A stretch of 63,332 nucleotides of DNA, the filler included, from Hausera hauseri (lineage: Eukaryota): the NCBI GenBank assembly GCA_046269625.1. It is 12 parts of 12 records of this genome, joined end to end, with 100 filler letters (N's around TTAATTAATTAA, not from the genome) between each part and the next. Parts side by side here need not be neighbours in the genome. Positions count along the whole stretch, not along the records: positions 54,894 to 59,022 come from JBJURY010743097.1; positions 59,123 to 63,332 come from JBJURY010699104.1; 10 more parts are not named here. One strand, given 5' to 3'. Of this stretch, positions 54,794 through 63,332 are shown piece after piece. Every line of letters starts with the position of its first letter. The stretch's first letter is position 1. Both the position numbers and the translations under genes were made by a program. The notes under the pieces were generated by a model that saw only the letters and a list, made by a program, of their open reading frames with translations, was not told where the DNA came from and made no database searches.

Positions 54794-54893
54794 NNNNNNN
54801 NNNNNNNNNNNNNNNNNNNNNNNNNNNNNNNNNNNNNTTAATTAATTAANNNNNNNNNNNNNNNNNNNNNNNNNNNNNNNNNNNNNNNNNNNN
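54794..54893. other. artificial contig linker
   Basis: N44-TTAATTAATTAA-N44. Confidence 0.98.
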
Positions 54894-55260
54894 TTGAGCA
54901 ATACAGCCACAACGCTTTGCGTTGTTATTTGGCGGATTGGAATGGCTTCGGGCCATCTTGTTTTCCGGTCGAGAATGGTTAGGATATACTGATATCCGTT
55001 ACATTCTGGAAGTTGTCCTACTATATCCATGTGGATGGTTTCAAACCGTGAGCCAGTAGGATAGTGTAATATTTGGGGTTGTATAGTCTTGTTGACTTTG
55101 TATTGTTGGCAAAGTGAACATTCTTTTGTCCACTGATTTATATCGCTTAGCATGCGAGGCCAACAAACTCTACTGGTTAATAAGCGAGCTGTGGCTTTTG
55201 ATCCAGGGTGATGGATGTTGTGAATGGTGTCAAATGCCTGTTTCCGTAGGCTTGCTGCCA
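54894..55260 (-). pseudogene. Gypsy integrase fragment
   Basis: WTKECSLCQQYK, IHMDIVGQLP, YILTILDRKTRWPEAIP. Confidence 0.85.
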
Positions 55261-55756
55261 GAATTGGGAGTGGACAACAATAGAGGTTTTCGAGAAATTT
55301 AAATTATCGAACCATTGATAAAATGGAATTATCAAGAAAATATCGGGAAAAAATCACATTTATGTTGCAGTTCGTCTTCGTTACTACCACAGTTCAATTT
55401 TTCTTTATCTGGTTAGTTTTTTTTATTTGATCATTTCATGTAAATCGGATAGGCGAACTGTAAACGAAGAGTTTTAATGACGTATCCCTGAAGTCAAAAA
55501 CAGGTATCCGAACTAAGCGAAGCTAACGCATTCAATGAAAAGTCCTCTGGCTGTTACTAATGATCCGAGGACACAAGTGTCTTCGAGAAAATTATACAAT
55601 TTATTATTCCAAAGTTTTGATAGACAAAACATACCAAATGGCAAATGAAGAATTTGGAAATTTCGATCACAATTCTTCGCCACAGTAATATGCGTTAAAT
55701 ATGTTCATGGCGAATACCCAGATTAGTAATATACATATATATACATATATATATTC

Positions 55757-55758
55757 AT

Positions 55759-55793
<35 letters not shown>
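55757..55793. repeat. (ATTT)n microsatellite
   Basis: About nine ATTT units. Confidence 0.9.
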
Positions 55794-55794
<1 letters not shown>

Positions 55795-56124
55795 ATTGTT
55801 TCAAAGTAGCTGTTTCGTTCGGCACCTGATTCAACTGTCTCCCCGGAACACGTAAGTTTTATCCGGAAAACGTCTCCATCAGTTCTATGCCGATAGAAAA
55901 AACCGAAGTTTGTTTAATTCCTCGTCATTCATGGCTGTATTCATGCGGTTCGTGACAACCGTGGACGAGCATCAACACAATGCAGACCAGGAAATTACCC
56001 GAAATACCAAAAGATCCGGTAGTGAGATTTGGATCAGGCATTCGTTTTGAAGGGGAAATAAGGGGGAAAGTCGATTGGTAATATTTTAATTAGTATTAGA
56101 TATTTTTAGAGTACATAATTTATT

Positions 56125-56410
56125 AACTTTCATAAAGTAAAGTATATCGTTAAAAGTTATTCCAATGAGACCAGTATTGTCGATGATCAATACAGCACAA
56201 TCGAGGGAAGGAAAATTTCTGTATCCATTATTGAAAGAACTGATATTTATTTGATTTTGTGTAATACATATCAGGTAGAACCATTGAGAGCGGTAAAGTG
56301 ATGGCCTCTTTTGATACTTCATCACTTTTCACGAATATTTCGGTAAAGGAAATCATTGATATATGTGTAGAAGCTCTGAACAGAAATAATGGACTGAATA
56401 AACATGCATT
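56125..56410 (+). pseudogene. Penelope-like element RT fragment (N-terminal part)
   Basis: HK..IPMRPVLSMINT and VMASFDTSSLFTNISVKEIIDI match the PLE motifs PKxHK..PLRPIVS and SFDVxSLFTNVP. Confidence 0.75.
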
Positions 56411-57639
56411 AAAGTAATAATATATTAATAATTAATTAATTAATTAATATTTACAACTTCATTAAATCATTAATTCCTATTTTTATTTTTATAAAGACAC
56501 GCAAACAGTAATAATGCGTGGGGGAAACTAGATAAGGACCGTAGTTACAAAACATAACAAAAGGGAATAAAATAAAGTGGCGGTTTTAAAAGAAGAAAAA
56601 TAAAGAGAATTTTTTTTGTTTAAATAAATGAAACTTTTGCTGCTTCAACAACTTAAAAAGTTTGACTTTTGACATGCTGTTAAACCTTTTTATCGGAACG
56701 TTTTTTATCCTCATCGTATTAATCGACACGGGACTGCCGAAGAAGAACGAGCATCATCTGATCGGAAACGAGCACTCTCAGAGCATTCAGAACTGCAAAA
56801 AAGACGATGATCCTGACTATCAATGAGATTTCCATCATGACTACTGCGTCTACAGCGGAAGAATTAAATACCAAAAACACAATAGTAAGTAATGAAAACA
56901 AGGTTTTTCGACCACCGTTTGTGGAGCTATGAAAATTCTTGTTAACGAAACAAGCCAAATGTTTGCGGACTGATTTTAAACAAAAAGGGGAAACCAACCA
57001 TCGGACAAATAAGCCATAAGATGGTTTAAAACGACGTTTATGAGGAAGGTGAACCCTCTTGAATTGGCCAACATTATCAAAAAGAAGTATTTAAAATAAT
57101 AAGTAAGGGTTTTAGTAATTATAAAGAAAGAGAATGGCTGAGGCATTTCTGATAAAGTCAGAAAACCTCATTTAAATATTCAGAACAAATCTGTCCAATT
57201 GCTCCAATTTATTAAATTTATTAATAAAAATTAAAAAATTTTATGTGAAAATATAATTTATTTCAAAAATTCTGATTTTTCAATAATTTAGTTTGTCGAA
57301 ATTCTGTATACATTTGAGGTTCGCTATTTTTGCATATAAGCAGTTTATATTTTTGATTAGGAGCCTGAAAACGGAGAGCGGCTCTCCGAAACATATGGCA
57401 ACTAAATATTATATAACATATTTACATAACGCGCAGCAATCCAAAAATTCACCCCCCATCTATGCTCAATTCTTTAACCCACCTTTGCCTATGATTTCTC
57501 TCAATACGACTACTTCAATTTTTCTGACAGTTCATCCCTTCTTTCATTATCAGATGCTGCAGCTTCAAGACTTTTAACACCTCCTTCATCCACTGGTGAC
57601 AACATGCTTTCTATTCTTAAGAGACCTCCTCCGCCAAAC

Positions 57640-58190
57640 CGGTATAAAAAGGGATTATTGTCTTGTTTTTTAACAGAGCCTTGCGATTATCTTCAAATTT
57701 CTATAACGCTACAAAGGACATGAAGGCCTTAATATGTAGATTAAAGCTAAATGAGTATCATGATGATTTCATTATGAAAATTCTGAACAAGACTATCAAC
57801 AAGTTCTACCCAGAAAACGAGTGTAAAGGGGATACAGAAAATATTAAAAATGAAAATCCTCCTGAAATAAGCTCATCGAAGAATTCAATTAATGAAAGAA
57901 TTAGGTCCACGTATATATTAAAATTACCATATTCAGATGGCTCTCATATTCTTAAAAACAAGATTAAGAACTTGATCTCGGATAATTTTATTGATTTAAA
58001 AGTAATATTTAAAACAACAGAAATTATTTATTTTATTGAATAGTAAACAAATAATTTCAAATTTTAAAATTCTAAAATCTAATTTAAGGCATGAAAATAG
58101 AAGACGAATTGCAGAATCTATTTGTATTAAGAAGTTTACTCCAACACTTAATAAACAAGCAGATTTTGTGAAGTCCGTTTTTCTGTTTAA
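57640..58190 (+). pseudogene. Penelope-like element thumb region and GIY-YIG C-terminus
   Basis: FFNRALRLSS...LKLNEYHDDFI, LKLPY, RRIAESICIKKFTPTLNKQ. Confidence 0.75.
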
Positions 58191-58293
58191 TGGTTAATTT
58201 ACAATTAATTTACAAATATTTCACGGATTCGTTCTGCTGCAATTTAACATTGAAAATTACTAGAGAAAAGCGGTGGAATATTTGTTTCTATAA

Positions 58294-58344
58294 CATTAAT
58301 TTACTGATGATGATGGTTAGTCCATCGAAATATATTTATAAATG
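58294..58344 (+). ncRNA. minimal type I hammerhead ribozyme in the Penelope pseudo-LTR
   Basis: CTGATGA-T-GATGG(TTAGT)CCATC-GAAA-TATA-TT: intact core, 5-bp stem II, palindromic helix III, imperfect stem I. Located just after the PLE ORF end. Confidence 0.65.
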
Positions 58345-58838
58345 GCATTGTTTAATTTTAGTTAAAAGTTAAATTATACATTCTATAAATATGCTTTTTC
58401 ATTAAAATAATCATTACATTCATCACCAAACAGGAACCACACAACTTCATCACTTTATCAAACACGTAGTAAAAAGACATCCCTATCTACATGTCCCCAT
58501 TTAATAAGGAAAGTAATGGAGCAGCAAAAATAAATAATAAGCAAATTATTATTTATTTTAATTTGTTTAAATATTGGATAAAGAAACACTTTAAAAACTC
58601 TTTGGACTTATTTTAATTATGAACGGAAACAAAGCAGGTGAACTCCAGGATTTCGATCCTTCGACTTCGCCGAGCAAAGTCTTCTTACTGGCGACCACGC
58701 CAGGACAATGGGACAAGGTCATTCAAGTTCTCTGGACTATCACAAACACTTCCGGAAATATGGCGATGCCTCCCTTTGGCAATTTGATGGATCATTCACT
58801 GATGAAGCCAAACAATGGCTGGAAGACATAATTCATGC

Positions 58839-59022
58839 TGTGAGGATATAATTGATAACAGAAGTTCTGAATTTAAATCAGATACAATTTTAAATTTAAT
58901 TTAAGATTATAATTTGGAGTAATGTAAAAATTTAATTAAAATTATGGAATTAAATTTTTAAAGTAATATTCCAAATCTGATTTAAATTCGGAAAATTTGT
59001 TTCAAAATAAATAATTTGGATT
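58839..59022. mobile_element. LTR-like terminus homologous to 6501
   Basis: TGTGAGGATATAATTGATAACAGAAGTTCTGAATTTAAAT aligns with 6501-6545. Confidence 0.5.
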
Positions 59023-59122
59023 NNNNNNNNNNNNNNNNNNNNNNNNNNNNNNNNNNNNNNNNNNNNTTAATTAATTAANNNNNNNNNNNNNNNNNNNNNN
59101 NNNNNNNNNNNNNNNNNNNNNN
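59023..59122. other. artificial contig linker
   Basis: N44-TTAATTAATTAA-N44. Confidence 0.98.
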
Positions 59123-59399
59123 AAACCTCCTCAACAATTGACAAAACTTTCAATAATGTTAGTATTTTTTCAGTGGTGAATAACAATCACAAATCTATTT
59201 TAAAACAAAAATCCAAATTGAATGTTGACAGTGGCAATGCCAGTTGTTCTTCATCAATTACTGCAACTGTTTCTTCCAATGATATGCCTCAACCATTATT
59301 ATTTCTAGACTCCTATTTTAAATCATACATCACAACGTCTTTCGCATAGTTAAAAAGGCACATCAATTTCAAGCCTCTATCCTCAACTTATCATCACAT

Positions 59400-62258
59400 A
59401 GTAACAGAATATTAGAGGCTTATCAAACAAATGGTCAGACCTTTGTCTCACACAAACGTAAAGCTGTGGAACAAGAATTCAATGACTTTAAAAAGCTGGT
59501 ATAATTTGGAAATCAAATTCACTTTGGGCTTTACCAGTTCATGTAGTAGCAAAGAAAGATGGTTCCTATAGGTCACGTGGCGACTACCGTCAAGTAAAAA
59601 CCTAACTATCATAGATGCTTATCCGCTACCCCCCATTAAGGGCATCTTCACATCCTCTATAACACCAATACATATTCTACCACTGATCTGCATAAGGCCT
59701 ATCATAAAATTCTTGTTGCACCTGATGACATTTTAAAAACTGCTTTCACACACCATTTGGCATTTATGGATACATCTTCATGCCTTTCGGCCTACGTAGC
59801 GCATCTCAGACCTTTCAACGCCACGTTGATACCGTTCTCTCAGATCTTGAGTTTGCTCATCGATATATACACGACATATTAGTCGCTTCTACTTTCATCA
59901 AACAACATCATGAACATTTGCGAATTTTTTTCCACAAATTGCATCAAAGGAACCTGCAAATTAATTTCTCAAAATGTAATTTCTTTCAGAAACGCATCAA
60001 CTTCTTAGGCTATATAATTACTCCCGATGGTCACTTTCCCCTTCCTGAACGCTTACAACAGTTAAAAAATGCAAAATTACCAACGACTACCACCGATATA
60101 AGGAGTTTTATAGGGACATTACATTTCGTACACAAATATTTGCCACACTGCTCCGAACTAACGGCACCTTTCGTACACCTCTCATCCTAAAAGAAAAGAC
60201 AATTAATCCACTGGACTCCTGATGTAGTAAACCAATTTGATCGCCTTCGTGAAGGTCTGAAAACCGTTGAAATCTTGGCTTTTCCAAAACCCAACGCGGA
60301 ACTCATATTAACCACCGATGCCTCCACCACAGCCACTGGTGATATATTACACCAGATATACAATGGTGGCAATGATCCGTTAGAATTCTCTTCCCGAAAA
60401 CTCACACAACCAGAAAGTCGATACTCAACATTCGACCGTGATTTCCTAGCCATAGTTCTGGCGGTAAAGCATTTCAAACATTTGCTTCTATCCCGCCAAT
60501 TTGTCATTCAAACCGACCATAAGTCCCTGCTGCATATCATGACGTTAAAACAACTGTCACCCAGACAAGAACGACAGATATCACACCTGTCGACATTTAA
60601 CTTTTCCATGAAATATATTTCAGAACCGAAAATTTGGTAGCAGATTTTCTGTCGCGGTCGGTCAGCTCAATTACAGTTCAGCCAATTTTCTTCTCTGAAA
60701 TCCTGAAAAGTAATCAGCCATTATCTGATTTTCTCCAAGCTTTTAAATCTGTTGATATCATCGATGGCATTGCCTACAACACATACAACTCAACTAATAA
60801 AAAATCATTTTTGCTCCATCATTGCAAAAGACAGCCCTCAGTCACGTTCATTCTCTTCATCATCCGAGTTCGAAGGCCACATTTCGCTTACTGCAGCGCC
60901 ACGTTATTTGACCAACTATGCGTACATATGTACAGATCTGGGTTAAGGAATGCGTAGCATATCAGCAATATAAGGTCCATAAACACCTCAAACCACCACT
61001 TTACCACTTCACTTGTACTTCTGGCTTCTACACCGTTCACTTGGATCATGTCGGTCCTTTACCATACGGCAACAATTAACAATAGATCTTACATATGATG
61101 GACCGTACTTTTCGATAGCCTGAAGCTTTTCCTCTTCGATCAAACAATACTGATTCATTAGCAGTTGCCGTTATGAAAATATGGATCAGCCGCTTTGGTT
61201 CACCACGTCACATTATAACGGACAAAGGTCCGCAGTTTGAAGCTAATCTTTTTAAATCTCTGGTAAAGCACTTGGGGATAGTCCATTTCCACACAACTCC
61301 GTACCATTCCCAAGCAAATGGCCCTCTTGAAAGATTTCATCGCACCATGAAAATTTCCCTAAAAATCTTGGCAAATAATCATCACAATTGGACCTCCATT
61401 CTTCCACTTTTCTTACTCGGTTGGCGTAACACACCTTCCACCACCACAGGTTGTGCCCCACCCGAGTCTCTTTTTAGGATACCAATTCGTGCCTTATTTC
61501 AGCTTTCCGACATAGATGAAAGCCCGTTAAATGAAGTTATTCGTGCAGCACAGTCACACTTTGTCGATGTCAGCTCAAACGAATTATGCCCCCTTATAAA
61601 TAAAGACAAATCGTATATTTTGGAGGACTTATACTCAGCCAAGTTTGTATGGCTGAAGGATCAGTCGCCTTCTGGTTTTCGGACTCAGTACGTTGGCCGT
61701 TACAGACTACTCAAACTTTCTTCGCACACCGCTACCATTTTACGTAAGGACAAACCTCGAAATGTACACATTTCCGATCTTAAGCCAGCATTCTTCATTG
61801 ACGATGACCAGGATAACAACTATGTTTCAAATCCTAACTCTATCTTCTCTCATGTTAAGTCATCTTCTAATTTCCTCAATGATTTTGCTCCGTCGCAACA
61901 ATCACTGGCTTGTCATAATCAATTCTTTTCACTTCCTTCATCGTCCATTGCTCCTTCATTACCTACTTCGACGTCATCACCTGTACATCCACAATTCAAT
62001 TCACCTTCATCGCGCAATTCGCTTCCATCTCTACTCTCGCCTTCTTCGCCTGATCCACTTTCCTTTTCAGCTCCTTCTCCACTTTCACCTCTTCAGAAAA
62101 CATTATCTCAAAATACTACAAAATCTACATCTCTCCCTCGAACAACTCCGCAAGCACCAGCAACACCTAGTAGGTCACGCCAAGTGATATTTAGTACTTA
62201 CAGTAGGGAGAAACTCATATACGGAATCCAGCGTCTGACACATACCAAAGCCGAATAG
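59400..62258 (+). pseudogene. pol: Ty3/Gypsy pol (RT, RNase H, integrase, Ser/Pro tail), fragmented
   Basis: KKDGS..GDYR, DLHKAY, MPFGL, YIHD (degenerate YIDD), TDAS, TDHKSL, VADFLSR, TDKGPQF, NGPLERFHR. Confidence 0.9.
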
Positions 62259-62334
62259 GTACAATTTCTTCCTTTTCTTACGATATTCTACGTATATTTT
62301 TTTCTTTAGTCTTTATTTTGCCACGTGGAGGTAA

Positions 62335-62579
62335 TGTGGTGTCTATAATGTCTATAAGACTGTAATCTCTGTTGTTACAAACTTTTTGGTTGTACTGGGA
62401 GGGGGTTAACGGATCAGTGAGGAAATCTTCCCATCGTGTATAAAGTCAACTAGTTTTTAAATGATGTTTTGTGTAAGTTGTTAATATGTAAAAAAATTGT
62501 TAATGGAGACGACGAATTTAAATTCATTATATTCTATGGATTTCATTATAGATATGTTTTATCTGCGAGGAGCTCTACA
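62335..62579 (+). mobile_element. 3' LTR
   Basis: TTGCCACGTGGAGGTAA then TGTGGTG...GCTCTACA; junction homologous to the LTR at 20363. Confidence 0.6.
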
Positions 62580-62599
62580 AGGCGTGCGTGTTTCTCATG

Positions 62600-63332
62600 A
62601 AAAATTTCAAAGTAATTAGTGTTCCTGATATCATTTCATCGGTAAGTTGCGTATATTCTGGAAATTTGTTCGGTGTATTAACAACACGACACATCTACCT
62701 TTTGAAATTGTCGGTATACGTATTTTGTCCTCTTCTGCTCTTACCCAATTTTGTATAGCATGCTTCTTCCATGTGCCATCTATTGTATTTTATGTTTATG
62801 CAGTTTCGTCTTGTGTCCTTGCTGACCGTAACCATAGTATATTACGGGTTTCCTTTCCGAGCAATTCTTGTTAATGTGTCCTTCTTTCCCGCAACCAAAA
62901 CATCTTGGTGCATGTTGGAGGTTGAATGTCGTGCTTGTATGCCCGTCTTTCAGGCACGACCAGCATTTCATCCTACTATTTGTCTGTGTATTTTGCAGTT
63001 TTAAATCCCGCCTTTTCTGTCTTGATTTGTCCAATTTGTACACTGCTACATCCCAGTAACTCCGTCGACCCTCTTTAGTGTATTCTCTGGATGTGTTTAT
63101 CTCTTCCGTCTTTGTTGCCACTTCGTGGACTTTCTGTGTTTTCTCTTTGATTTGATCTACGTTTTTTTCGTCGCTGCGATAGATTTCCTTTCTTATCTCC
63201 GGATTGTCGCAACAGTGAATCATAGATTCCTCTGTTAGGGCTTCTGTTGTTATTTTGTGGTTAAGGATACCCTTCACCAGCTGTTCGATTTTGTTGAAGT
63301 AGGCGGCCAGTTCTGCCCCTTTCATTCTGTAG
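62600..63332 (-). pseudogene. gag: gag fragment with multiple CCHC knuckles (target of the preceding insertion)
   Basis: CWSCLKDGH, CFGCGKEGHINKNC, degenerate YYGYGQQGH. Confidence 0.75.

Noticed and set aside
58799-58835. CTGATGA-AGCCA/TGGCT hammerhead-like motif
   Set aside because: GGAA instead of GAAA, and no stems I or III.
10237-59122. Recurrent TTAATTAATTAA palindrome flanked by N runs, and ORFs running into X residues
   Set aside because: Eleven identical 100-bp artificial linkers; neither the motif nor gene order across linkers is biological.
61693-62187. 164-aa overlapping ORF (also 20443-20934 in part)
   Set aside because: Alternative frame of a pyrimidine-rich Ser/Pro tail that is naturally stop-poor; no independent coding evidence.

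Overview
This is not one continuous locus. It is 12 short contigs (about 4-10 kb each) joined by 11 artificial 100-bp linkers (N44-TTAATTAATTAA-N44), so adjacency across linkers means nothing. The DNA is AT-rich animal sequence (cadherin and RECQL5-like fragments; a flatworm/planarian-type host is a guess) and almost entirely mobile DNA. It contains: (i) decayed Maverick/Polinton (adintovirus-like) segments with three protein-primed PolB pseudogenes, an intact DEDD-exonuclease-like ORF, a frameshifted TBP-like gene and a promoter/start module shared between two contigs; (ii) many Ty3/Gypsy pieces; (iii) one nearly intact Jockey/I-group LINE; (iv) a split Penelope-like element with a hammerhead ribozyme; (v) an intact double-RING ORF. 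The most unusual feature is a Gypsy pol (36136-40870, minus strand). Directly upstream of its protease, where gag is expected, lies the C-terminal membrane region of a chuvirus-like glycoprotein with a PTAP motif. A second signal-peptide-bearing ORF is fused in frame after its integrase. Other contigs show a tandemly duplicated gag, a possible tandem protease, and a RING finger ending an ORF that runs through the PPT; together these hint at a giant, enveloped, cargo-rich Gypsy lineage. All calls rest on motifs recognised by eye; no database searches were run.
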